A stretch of DNA of 33,927 bases, from positions 1 to 33,927 of the forward strand of contig DATDUR010000096.1 in assembly GCA_035290305.1 (NCBI GenBank), in the 5' to 3' direction. A model generated the notes under the pieces. That model did no database searches, was not told where the DNA came from, and saw only the letters and a list, made by a program, of their open reading frames with translations. This stretch comes from Patescibacteria group bacterium. Its GTDB lineage: Bacteria; Patescibacteriota; Patescibacteriia; UBA1558; UBA10009. The position numbers and the translations under genes were made by a program. Positions 1 through 8,874 of this stretch are shown here, in pieces (position 1 is the stretch's first letter; each line of letters begins with the position of its first letter).

Positions 1-162
1 AACCCGGCCAGCATCGCTTCAGCCGTTAAAAGATTGGCGTCTTTGCCCGATAAAGAACGGGAGTCAATCAAGCGGACTGCCTTGAATTTAGTCAGGGAAA
101 AATACGATTGGGACATTATCGCCGAAAAAATGTCGGAATTATTTAAGCAATTAACCGTTTAA
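1..162 (+). CDS. glycosyltransferase, C-terminal fragment (5' end outside window)
   Basis: Frame 1 is open from the window edge to TAA at 160-162 (...LVREKYDWDIIAEKMSELFKQLTV*). The tail resembles the C-terminal helix of GT-B/GT4-type enzymes, and it heads a glycan cluster. Only 53 aa are visible, so the family call is weak. Confidence 0.5.
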   Translation, partial: NPASIASAVKRLASLPDKERESIKRTALNLVREKYDWDIIAEKMSELFKQLTV

Positions 163-167
163 ACGAT

Positions 168-1454
168 ATGAAAATTACCGTAGTCGGCTCCGGCTATGTC
201 GGCCTGGTTACCGCGATTGGCCTGGCCGAGTTGGGGCATATCGTTTACGGAGTGGATATTGACGCCGAAAAAATCGCCAAGCTTAAACGGGCGGAAGTTC
301 CTTTTCACGAGCCCGGCCTGGAAGAGCTGTTAAAGAAGAACTGTAAGGCCGGCCGGCTTAAGTTTACCGATAAACTAGGGTCAGTCATTAACTCCAGCGA
401 GTTTATTTTCATCTCCGTGGGCACGCCGCCGCAACCGGACGGCAGCGCCGATTTAAGTTTTGTTAAAAAGGCGGCCCGGGATATTAACCGTTGCGCCAAA
501 GCGGGCAAAATCACGGTGATAAAAAGTACCGTACCGGTGGGTACGGGAAAAATGCTGGAAAAGATTTTAAATAAAAACCGCGGCCGCGTTTTTAAAGTCG
601 TTTCTTGTCCGGAATTTTTAAGGGAGGGCAGGGCGGTTTACGATTTTTTTAATCCGGACAGAATCGTGGTCGGCGCGACCAGGGAGTCAATCGGTTATCG
701 GGTCATGAATTTATTCTCAAAAATCAAAACCCACAAGCTGATCACCGCCAGAGAGACCGCCGAACTGATCAAATACGCTTCCAACGCTTTTTTGGCCACC
801 AAAATTTCTTTCATCAACGAAATCGCCAACTTGTGCGAACGGGTGGGGGCGGACGTGGACGAAGTGGCCAAAGGCATGGGCCTGGATAACCGCATCGGTC
901 CGAAATTTTTAAAAGCCGGCATCGGTTACGGCGGCAGCTGTTTCCCTAAGGATATTCGGGCGCTTAAACAACTGGCCGGCGGCAGCGGTTATAACTTCCG
1001 CTTATTGAAATCGGTCATTGAGGTTAACAATAAACAAAGAAAATTTTTCATTGAAAAAATCAAAAAAGAACTGGGCAGCCTGAACCGCAAAACCGTGACC
1101 GTTTTGGGCCTGGCTTTTAAGGACAATACCGATGACATCAGGGAATCGGCCGCTTTGGACATTGTTAAGGCTTTAAAAAAAGCCGGGGCTAGAGTTAAAG
1201 TTTATGACCCCGAGGCTATGGTCAACGCCAAATGCGCCTTGGGCAAAAACGCCATTTTTTGCGATTCCCCCTATTCGGCGCTGGAGAAGTCCTCGGCCCT
1301 GATTATCGCCACGGAATGGCCCATTTTTGGCGATTTAAACTGGTCTAAAGTAAGGGTACTAATGAAACAGCCGTTTATTTTTGACGGCAAAAACATGATT
1401 GACCGGCAAAAAATCGCCAAGTTCAGATTTAAATATTTCGCCGTCGGCAAATAA
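168..1454 (+). CDS. ugd: UDP-glucose 6-dehydrogenase
   Basis: 428 aa with an N-terminal Rossmann motif VVGSGYVG and the catalytic-Cys motif GYGGSCFPKD. Length is typical of the UDP-glucose/GDP-mannose dehydrogenase family. Confidence 0.95.
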   Translation: MKITVVGSGYVGLVTAIGLAELGHIVYGVDIDAEKIAKLKRAEVPFHEPGLEELLKKNCKAGRLKFTDKLGSVINSSEFIFISVGTPPQPDGSADLSFVKKAARDINRCAKAGKITVIKSTVPVGTGKMLEKILNKNRGRVFKVVSCPEFLREGRAVYDFFNPDRIVVGATRESIGYRVMNLFSKIKTHKLITARETAELIKYASNAFLATKISFINEIANLCERVGADVDEVAKGMGLDNRIGPKFLKAGIGYGGSCFPKDIRALKQLAGGSGYNFRLLKSVIEVNNKQRKFFIEKIKKELGSLNRKTVTVLGLAFKDNTDDIRESAALDIVKALKKAGARVKVYDPEAMVNAKCALGKNAIFCDSPYSALEKSSALIIATEWPIFGDLNWSKVRVLMKQPFIFDGKNMIDRQKIAKFRFKYFAVGK

Positions 1455-1457
1455 TTT

Positions 1458-2123
1458 ATGAATAATCAACTTACCATAATCATTCCCTGTTTTAACGAAC
1501 AGGAAACAATCGCCCAAGTAATCAACGGCGTCAAAGATTTCGGCCGGGTGGCGGTGGTTGACGACGGTTCCACGGACCAAAGTTTTGAACGGGCCCAAGC
1601 CACGGGCGTTAAAGTTTTAAGGCATCTGATTAACCGCGGACAGGGCGCGGCTTTGGAAACGGGGGACAGGTGGGCGCTGGAAAACGGAGCCGAGACGGTG
1701 GTTCATTTTGATTCCGACGGCCAGCACCAGGCCGAGGAAATTCCCAAACTGATTGAACCGATTATTAAGGGCGAGGCCGAAATAGTTTTCGGTTCCAGAT
1801 TTTTGAATAAAAACCATAAAATGCCCTGGCTGAAAAAATGGCTGATTTTAAAACCGGCCGTTAAATTCCAGAATCTCTTGCTCGGCACCAATCTATCCGA
1901 CACTCATAACGGCTTTAGAGCCGTCTCCCGCCGGGCTTTGGAAAAAATAAAAATTACCCAGGACGGCATGGCCCACGCTTCGGAAATCGTTGAACAGGCG
2001 GTTAAGGCCAATCTTAAATACGTGGAAGTTCCGGTTAAGATAGTCTATAATGACTTTGGCCAGGGCTTTGGCTCGGGCTTGAAGATTTTAAGGGATTTGA
2101 TTTTCGGAAAATTTAACAAATAG
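1458..2123 (+). CDS. family 2 glycosyltransferase, polyprenyl-phosphate sugar synthase-like (GtrB/DPM1-like)
   Basis: 221 aa with GT-A motifs IIIPCFNE, VDDGSTD and DSDGQH. Small size and the adjacent DUF2304-like membrane partner are typical of lipid-carrier-charging GT2 enzymes. Confidence 0.88.
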   Translation: MNNQLTIIIPCFNEQETIAQVINGVKDFGRVAVVDDGSTDQSFERAQATGVKVLRHLINRGQGAALETGDRWALENGAETVVHFDSDGQHQAEEIPKLIEPIIKGEAEIVFGSRFLNKNHKMPWLKKWLILKPAVKFQNLLLGTNLSDTHNGFRAVSRRALEKIKITQDGMAHASEIVEQAVKANLKYVEVPVKIVYNDFGQGFGSGLKILRDLIFGKFNK

Positions 2124-2126
2124 CTT

Positions 2127-2471
2127 ATGAATTATCTGCCATTGCAAATCATCATCGGCATTTTCGTCTTATTGGTGGTTTTCAGGTTAAGTAAAAAATT
2201 CAAGGAAGGTGGTTTGAAAACTTCGGAATTTATCGGCTGGCTGTTAATCTGGATTATCGCGCTGGTGGCTTTCTGGCTGCCGCAGAGCACCTCTTATCTG
2301 GCCGGCCTGTTCGGCATCGGCCGGGGAGTGGACCTGGCTTTGTATCTGGCCGTTTTAACCCTGTTTTACCTGATTTTCCGCCTTTACCTCAAGCTGGACA
2401 AACAGCAGAAGGATTTGACCAAAATCGTCAGGCACATTTCGCTTAAAGACGAAGATAACCGGGATAATTAG
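2127..2471 (+). CDS. small membrane protein, DUF2304-like GT2 partner
   Basis: 114 aa with 3-4 hydrophobic helices, a GIGRGVDLALYL segment and a basic C-terminal tail. It lies 3 nt after the GT2 stop. Confidence 0.75.
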   Translation: MNYLPLQIIIGIFVLLVVFRLSKKFKEGGLKTSEFIGWLLIWIIALVAFWLPQSTSYLAGLFGIGRGVDLALYLAVLTLFYLIFRLYLKLDKQQKDLTKIVRHISLKDEDNRDN

Positions 2472-2472
2472 G

Positions 2473-3522
2473 ATGAAAAAAGTCGCCGTCATCATTGTTA
2501 ATTACAACGGAAAAAAATATCTCCCCAACCTGTTCGGGAGTATTTTTAAGTATCCGCCCCAAAAGGCCGGTTGGGAGATAATCGTGGTGGATAATAATTC
2601 CGCTGACGGTTCCGATTTATGGCTGATTAAAAATTATCCCAACCTCACCCTGTTAAAGCAGGAAAAAAATCTGGGTTTTGCCGAGGGCAACAACGTCGGC
2701 ATCAGATACGCGGCCCAGCACGGTTTTGATTACGTGATGCTCTTAAACCAGGATATTATCGTAACGGAAAATTATCTGGACCGTTTGGCGGAAACGGCCG
2801 AAAGCGATGAGCGGATAGCCGCCGTTCAGCCGAAAATTATGCTTTATCCCGACAAAGAATTGGTTAACAGCGCGGGTAATATTATACATTTTTTAGGCTT
2901 TGGTTATACCAGGGGACATAAGCTGCCAAATTCCAAATTCCAAATTACCGATTCCCAAGTGAATTACTGCTCCGGAGCGGCGGTTTTGTACAAACTGGCC
3001 GTTTTAAAAAAGGTCGGGCTGTTTAACGGCGACTTTTTTATGTATCACGAGGATTTGGATTTAGGCTGGCGGTTAAGCCTGGCCGGCTACCAAAACGTCA
3101 TCAATCCGGCGGCCGTGGTCTATCACCAGTATGAATTTTCCCGCAGCATTAAAAAATTTTATTACATGGAAAGAAACCGCTACCTGACTATTTTCCAGAA
3201 TTACCGCTTAGGCACCATCCTGCTGATTCTGCCGGCCCTGGTTTTTATGGAACTGGGTTTGTTCGCCTGGTCTTTTAAAAACGGCTGGTGGTCGGAGAAA
3301 ATCAGGGTCTACGCTTATTTTTTGAACCCTTTTAACTGGAGCAGGCTTTTGAGAGTCAGGAAAAACGTTCAAAGGTTAAGGGTTAAAAAAGACCGGGCCG
3401 TGGTCAGGCGTTTTTCCGGCAAGATAGAACATCAGGAAGTCAACGGTCCGCTACTGACTTCCGTGGTTAATCCCGTTTTTAATTTATACTGGCAGGTAAT
3501 GAAGAATTTAATTTTATGGTAA
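2473..3522 (+). CDS. family 2 glycosyltransferase (rhamnosyltransferase-like)
   Basis: 349 aa with motifs VAVIIVNYNG, VVDNNSADGS, LNQD and HEDLDLGWR, plus a C-terminal hydrophobic segment. Confidence 0.9.
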   Translation: MKKVAVIIVNYNGKKYLPNLFGSIFKYPPQKAGWEIIVVDNNSADGSDLWLIKNYPNLTLLKQEKNLGFAEGNNVGIRYAAQHGFDYVMLLNQDIIVTENYLDRLAETAESDERIAAVQPKIMLYPDKELVNSAGNIIHFLGFGYTRGHKLPNSKFQITDSQVNYCSGAAVLYKLAVLKKVGLFNGDFFMYHEDLDLGWRLSLAGYQNVINPAAVVYHQYEFSRSIKKFYYMERNRYLTIFQNYRLGTILLILPALVFMELGLFAWSFKNGWWSEKIRVYAYFLNPFNWSRLLRVRKNVQRLRVKKDRAVVRRFSGKIEHQEVNGPLLTSVVNPVFNLYWQVMKNLILW

Positions 3523-4673
3523 AAAACGACAAGCGTCTAAAAATCGCCCAGATAGTTTCCACCTTTCCGCCGTATCGCGGCGGCATGGGCAACGTGGCTT
3601 ACCACCTGACGGACAGCCTGTCCCGGCTGGGCTACGAGGTGGTGGTGTTTACGCCCAAAACCAAGTTGTCGGACGTTAACATGCAAAGCTATTTTAAGAT
3701 TCACAAATTACTGCCCCAGTTTAAGTTCGGCAACTCGGCCATTGTGCTGCAGTTGGCTTATCATCTCTTAAAATTTGACCTGGTCCATCTGCATTACCCT
3801 TTTTTGGGCGCTTCTTTGGGCGTAATTCTGGCCAAGCTAATAAGAGGCAAAAAAATAAAATTCATTCTGCATTATCACATGGATTTGGTGGGCCAAGACT
3901 GGCGTTCCTTCGTCTATAAATTTTATAACTGGATTTTTTTAAGCTCTTTGATTAAATTTTCCGACTATGTCATCACCACCTCCGCAGACTATCTTAAAAT
4001 GTCATTGCTCGGAAAATATTATTTTAAAAATGAAGATAAGTTTGAAATCATACCTAACGGGGTGGATTTGGACTATTTTAAACCCAGGCACAAAGATTCT
4101 TTACTGATGACCAGGTATAAATTGCACGATAAAAAAGTGATTTTATTCGTCGGCGGTTTGGACAGCGCCCATTATTTTAAGGGGGTGAATTACCTGCTGA
4201 AAGCTTTTGAGCGGCTGAAACGGGAGGACGTCAAGCTGATTATCGTGGGCGAAGGCAATCTTAAATCGGTTTACGAAGATATGGTGGATTCCTCCGGCTT
4301 AAACCATCAGGTTATTTTCATCGGTTACGTTCCTGACCAGGAACTGGTTAAATATTACAATTTATGCGATTTATTGGTTTTGCCCTCAATTGATAAAAGC
4401 GAAGCTTTCGGCATGGTGTTGCTTGAGGCCATGGCCTGCGGCAAGGCGGTTTTGGCCAGCAGCCTGCCGGGCGTCCGACAGGTGGTGGAAGTAAACGTCA
4501 ACGGCCGGTTATTTAAACCCAAAGACGCGGACAATCTGGCCAGCCACCTGAATAGGCTGTTGGACGATAAAAACGATTTGGTTAATTTCGGCGCCAACGG
4601 CCGGAAAATCGTGGAAAAAGATTACAGCTGGAAAACAATTACCGAAACTCTGCTTAAAATTTATCAAAGCTAG
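3516..4673 (+). CDS. GT4-type (GT-B fold) glycosyltransferase
   Basis: 385 aa. The C-terminal half carries SEAFGMVLLEAMACGKAVLAS (E-x7-E type motif). It overlaps the upstream gene by 7 nt. Confidence 0.9.
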   Translation: MVKNDKRLKIAQIVSTFPPYRGGMGNVAYHLTDSLSRLGYEVVVFTPKTKLSDVNMQSYFKIHKLLPQFKFGNSAIVLQLAYHLLKFDLVHLHYPFLGASLGVILAKLIRGKKIKFILHYHMDLVGQDWRSFVYKFYNWIFLSSLIKFSDYVITTSADYLKMSLLGKYYFKNEDKFEIIPNGVDLDYFKPRHKDSLLMTRYKLHDKKVILFVGGLDSAHYFKGVNYLLKAFERLKREDVKLIIVGEGNLKSVYEDMVDSSGLNHQVIFIGYVPDQELVKYYNLCDLLVLPSIDKSEAFGMVLLEAMACGKAVLASSLPGVRQVVEVNVNGRLFKPKDADNLASHLNRLLDDKNDLVNFGANGRKIVEKDYSWKTITETLLKIYQS

Positions 4674-5858
4674 ATGAAGTTTTTTATTATTAATAATTTA
4701 TTTGAGCCCTACAGCCGCGGCGGCACGGAAAGGGTGGTTAAGATAATCAGCCAATCGCTGGCCAAACGCGGCCAGGTCGTTTTAATTACCAGTAGTCCTC
4801 ATCAGGACAAAGTTGAAGAAAAAGACGGCTTGAAAATCTGCCGCTTTAAGCCGAAAAATTTTTATTATCCCTTAGACGACCAGGCCCAGTCTTATTTTAA
4901 AAAATTTTTTTGGCACCTTAGGGACTTGGGAGCTTGCGGTTTAAGGCGCAAGCTTAAAAAACTCATTAAAGAGGAAAAGCCCGACGTTATTTTAACCCAT
5001 AATTTAAAAGGCTTGGGTCTGGGCCTTTTTAGAACCGTCCGCCAGTCAAAAATCTTGCATTGCCATACTCTGCACGATTATCAATTGCTGGAACCGCACG
5101 GCTCCATGTTCAGGAACGGACGCAATTCCAAGATGAAGGGATTTTTCTATCAGCTTTACCGGCTGATTACCAGACGGCTGATCAACAGTCCCGAGGCGAT
5201 TATTGCTCCTTCCAAATTCGTTCTGGATAAACATCTGACTTATGGCTTTTTTAAAAAGTCGGTTAAAAAGCTGGTTCTGCCCAACCCCGTGGCAGTGAAT
5301 TTTCCCCTTCTCTTCCGCCAAAAATCGGATTATTTAAGAGTTGTTTATCTGGGGCAGGTGGAAGAACATAAAGGCGTGGAATTTTTAACGGACGCCTTCA
5401 GGCGATTCAACGACCGCCGTTTTAAACTGGATATTTACGGCGGCGGCAGCCGGCTGAAAAACGTTAAAACTCTGGCTGAAGGCGGCCAAAGAATTACGGT
5501 TCACGGCCCCATCGGTTATGAAAAATTGGATGAGCTTTTCGCCCAAACCGACGTTTTAGTCGTACCGTCCGTTTGGTGGGAAAATTCGCCAACGGTGATT
5601 TACGAGGCCTATCTTCACAAGGTGCCGGTAATCGTTTCCGACGCCGGCGGCGCCAAGGAACTGGTAATAAACGGACAAACCGGCTGGCTTTTTAAATCGG
5701 GCGATACCCAGGACCTCATAGAGAAGCTTAAACTGGCCTTAAGGGAAAAAATCACCCTGCCGCAGATGGGCCGGAACGGCTTTAATCTGATTGACGATTT
5801 TATGGCCGATAAATATGGCGCTAAAATAGTTGACTTATGCCGGCAATTGAAAAGCTGA
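4674..5858 (+). CDS. GT4-type (GT-B fold) glycosyltransferase
   Basis: 394 aa with an N-terminal RGGTERV and C-terminal WWENSPTVIYEAYLHKVPVIVSDAGGAKE. The start codon directly follows the upstream stop. Confidence 0.9.
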   Translation: MKFFIINNLFEPYSRGGTERVVKIISQSLAKRGQVVLITSSPHQDKVEEKDGLKICRFKPKNFYYPLDDQAQSYFKKFFWHLRDLGACGLRRKLKKLIKEEKPDVILTHNLKGLGLGLFRTVRQSKILHCHTLHDYQLLEPHGSMFRNGRNSKMKGFFYQLYRLITRRLINSPEAIIAPSKFVLDKHLTYGFFKKSVKKLVLPNPVAVNFPLLFRQKSDYLRVVYLGQVEEHKGVEFLTDAFRRFNDRRFKLDIYGGGSRLKNVKTLAEGGQRITVHGPIGYEKLDELFAQTDVLVVPSVWWENSPTVIYEAYLHKVPVIVSDAGGAKELVINGQTGWLFKSGDTQDLIEKLKLALREKITLPQMGRNGFNLIDDFMADKYGAKIVDLCRQLKS

Positions 5859-6721
5859 ACGACTGCTTAAAAGAAAAATGCGGCTTTAAGGACGGCCTTT
5901 TTTATTATCTGCCGAAAGTTTCCGATTTTTTGAAAAAAGAAATTGATTTTCACGACCGGGTGAGCGGGGCAGAAGAGGAAATTCACCAGTTAAAGGCTTT
6001 GAGGAACAAATTTTATCATCAATGGTTTAAAAAATACATTTATCAACTGCCGCCTGATTCTTTAATCATGGAAATCGGCGCCGGTTCGGGTTTTGATTTA
6101 ATTCCGATTTTAGAGCGGGGTTACCGGCTGATTGCCTGCGACATCAGCGAAGCCTCGGTCAGATTCATTAAAAACAAATTGGCCGGACTTAAAATATCCG
6201 GCCAGATAAGCTATCTGGTGGCCGACGGCCAGAATTTGCCTTTGCCCGACAATTCCGTTGACTGCCTTTTCCTGGCGGCTTCGCTGCATCATTTTGAAAA
6301 TCAGGCGGATTTGCTTTCGGAAATTTTGAGAATTTTGAAAAAAAACGGCCGGCTGATTTTCGCCATGGAACCGTCAAAATTCATGATGGGTTTTACCAGG
6401 CTGTTCAAGAATTCAAAAAAACTGCGCCTGCATCAGGGCCATTCCGAAGCCGACGAAAGCCATGCCGGCTACGGCCAAAAAGACTTTACGGCCTTAATAA
6501 GGGAAAATAACCTGTCCAAAATTAAAATCAAAAGAGTCTGGCTATTGCAGGGTTTTATCCATTACGGCCTGGAGGCGATTTTTAGACTCTTCAAATTAAA
6601 AAAACGGCTTAAATTGCCGCGGATTATTGAATGGCCGTTGTTGATACTGGACGAAATCTTACTGAAAATACCTCTGCTTAACGCTCTGAATTTTCATTGG
6701 GTGGTTATTTTGAATACCTGA
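5837..6721 (+). CDS. class I SAM-dependent methyltransferase
   Basis: 294 aa with motif I EIGAGSGFD, an acidic loop ACDIS, and post-I/II segments VDCLFLAASLHH and NGRLIF. It overlaps the upstream gene by 22 nt. Confidence 0.85.
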   Translation: MPAIEKLNDCLKEKCGFKDGLFYYLPKVSDFLKKEIDFHDRVSGAEEEIHQLKALRNKFYHQWFKKYIYQLPPDSLIMEIGAGSGFDLIPILERGYRLIACDISEASVRFIKNKLAGLKISGQISYLVADGQNLPLPDNSVDCLFLAASLHHFENQADLLSEILRILKKNGRLIFAMEPSKFMMGFTRLFKNSKKLRLHQGHSEADESHAGYGQKDFTALIRENNLSKIKIKRVWLLQGFIHYGLEAIFRLFKLKKRLKLPRIIEWPLLILDEILLKIPLLNALNFHWVVILNT

Positions 6722-8810
6722 AAATGTAATTTTTGGCGTCAATGGCGTACCACTGGTCGGCGATTTCTTTTTCCGCCGCTATTTTTTCGGCGGCGTCAAA
6801 CCAATAATCGTTTAAAACAAAATAAACGTCGTTAATGCCGGTTAAATATCTGGCCGTGGCAATGATGTCGGGGGTCGGCTGTTTGCCGTAAGCCAGATTT
6901 TCGTATAACTGGTAAAGGCGGCTGCCGGTCGGCACCGGGTAAAAATAATAGCCGTTATAATAATATTTAAAGCCCAGCTCCCTAATGGCCGCGGCCGAAA
7001 CCGGCTGGGCAGCCAAAACGACATAAGGCTGGTTTTGTTGAATCCGTTCAATGAAATTAACGGTCTTAACGTCCACGGCCGAGGTGGAATAGCCGTGGTC
7101 TTCAACGATTTTATCCACCCGGGGATAGCTAAGATAAAAAGAAAGGCTTATGGCCAAAGACAGCAGGATAAAGGAGAGAAAAACCATCAGCGACTTTTGT
7201 TCCGTCAGCTTTTTATAAAATAGATAAAAAGTTATCAGAATAAAGGGCGCGAGCATGTAGACGGCCAGTTTAAAAATCCTGTCCGGGTAAGTAAGCTGTT
7301 CGTAGGAAACCAGCGACAAAAAGGAAATCATGCCTTTAACCAGCAGAAAATTGGCCAAAAGGACGATAAAGCCGAACAAATAAACGGCGTATCTTTTCAA
7401 CTGCCTGTGTTTGTAAATAAAGAAAATCCCCACTATGGCCAGGGCAATGACCAGAAAAATTAAATTATAGCCGAAGTCATAAATTAAATCGGTAAAGGAA
7501 ACGAATTTACGGTAGTAAAAATCAAAGTTTAAAGAATCAAGAAACTGAATGATGTTGGACCACCAGTTTGAGCGCAGGGAAACCTTTAACTGCGACAAGG
7601 TCAGGGAATTTACGATGAAGGCGATCGGCAGGGCCAGAGCGCCGAGGATAATCACTTCCCAGAGCATTGACTGGTGCAGAATGACCGGCAGTTTGAATTT
7701 AGTCTTCCAATGCTGGTAAAGGGCCAGGACGATAAAATAAAACAGCAGGGGTATTCCGGAAATGGGATGGATAGCAATGGTCATCAGAGTTAATATTCCC
7801 AGCGGCCAGAGCGAAGCTTGGGGATGAGTGATGTAATAAAGGGATAAAAGCACGGTCAGCAGGAAAAACAAATTGGCCAGAGCCTGGGGCGTGGTGGAAA
7901 TAAAATCGCCAAAGGGGAAAATTAAAAAGCTTAAAGCCAGCAGTAAGACCAAGCCCGGCTTAGCCTTAAAATTATCTTTAAAAGCGTAAAAAATGGTGGC
8001 CGGCAGATAAACGGCCGCGGTTAGAGGCACCAGGATTTTATCCAGCAGTTCAAGGGAAACATTTAACAGCCGGTGGATGAAAATAATCAGGCTGTACTGG
8101 CCGATGTAATAAAACGGTTTGGGCAAGAGGGTGCCGTTGGCCAGAATCAGCTGAAGGTTGGTCCGGTGGATAAACGGATCATAGTCAAAACCGATTCGGT
8201 AAACTATCCAGGCCGCGGAAAAACTCAAAAAACAGTGCAGGACGATAAAGAAGAGCGGCCAAGAGGTGCCGGCCGAACGGATGATAAAGAATAAACAGAG
8301 GGTGGCGAAAAAGTAAAGATAAAAAATTTCCGGCGGCAGAATTTCCCAGGGCGAGCGGATGCTCTGGCTGGTCTGGGAATTAAAAAGGATGTAAACGATA
8401 ACGATAAAAAACAGGAGGTAAAGGACGGTTAGGGGATTGAATTTGAATCGTTTACGGAAAAATCTCGGGCTAATTTCAAAAACCAGGGGAAATCTCTTAA
8501 CCGCCAAAGTCAAACCCAGGGCCAGTAGTCCCAAAGTGGCGTAAAAAACGGCGGCATTAAGATAAGACAGGTAAAAAGCCAGCGTGCCGATTAAACCGGC
8601 CGCGACCGTTAAAAACAGCAAGCCGTAGATAAATTTACAGGTCCAGGAATTTTTTAAAAACAGATAGTTGCCCAAAGCCAGGCTGTTTAAAATCAGATAT
8701 AACAAGCCGGCCCAGAACAAAAGCCGGCCGTCAGGCCCGGCTAAAAGCAGCACGGCGATTAAAATCAGGTTGAAGGCCAAAAACCTTTTGTAATTAAGGT
8801 TGATTAACAT
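6705..8810 (-). CDS. large polytopic membrane protein with C-terminal soluble domain (possible GT-C-type transferase or polymerase)
   Basis: 701 aa. About 560 aa are almost continuous hydrophobic helices, followed by a roughly 140-aa hydrophilic Tyr/Ala-rich tail. I recognise no catalytic motif. Its 3' end overlaps the convergent methyltransferase gene by 17 nt. Confidence 0.75.
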   Translation of the reverse strand: MLINLNYKRFLAFNLILIAVLLLAGPDGRLLFWAGLLYLILNSLALGNYLFLKNSWTCKFIYGLLFLTVAAGLIGTLAFYLSYLNAAVFYATLGLLALGLTLAVKRFPLVFEISPRFFRKRFKFNPLTVLYLLFFIVIVYILFNSQTSQSIRSPWEILPPEIFYLYFFATLCLFFIIRSAGTSWPLFFIVLHCFLSFSAAWIVYRIGFDYDPFIHRTNLQLILANGTLLPKPFYYIGQYSLIIFIHRLLNVSLELLDKILVPLTAAVYLPATIFYAFKDNFKAKPGLVLLLALSFLIFPFGDFISTTPQALANLFFLLTVLLSLYYITHPQASLWPLGILTLMTIAIHPISGIPLLFYFIVLALYQHWKTKFKLPVILHQSMLWEVIILGALALPIAFIVNSLTLSQLKVSLRSNWWSNIIQFLDSLNFDFYYRKFVSFTDLIYDFGYNLIFLVIALAIVGIFFIYKHRQLKRYAVYLFGFIVLLANFLLVKGMISFLSLVSYEQLTYPDRIFKLAVYMLAPFILITFYLFYKKLTEQKSLMVFLSFILLSLAISLSFYLSYPRVDKIVEDHGYSTSAVDVKTVNFIERIQQNQPYVVLAAQPVSAAAIRELGFKYYYNGYYFYPVPTGSRLYQLYENLAYGKQPTPDIIATARYLTGINDVYFVLNDYWFDAAEKIAAEKEIADQWYAIDAKNYIFRYSK

Positions 8811-8874
8811 ACTGATATTTTATCATAAAAAAGATTATTTAGCATTAGTAAAATATTCTTTAAACTGATATAAT

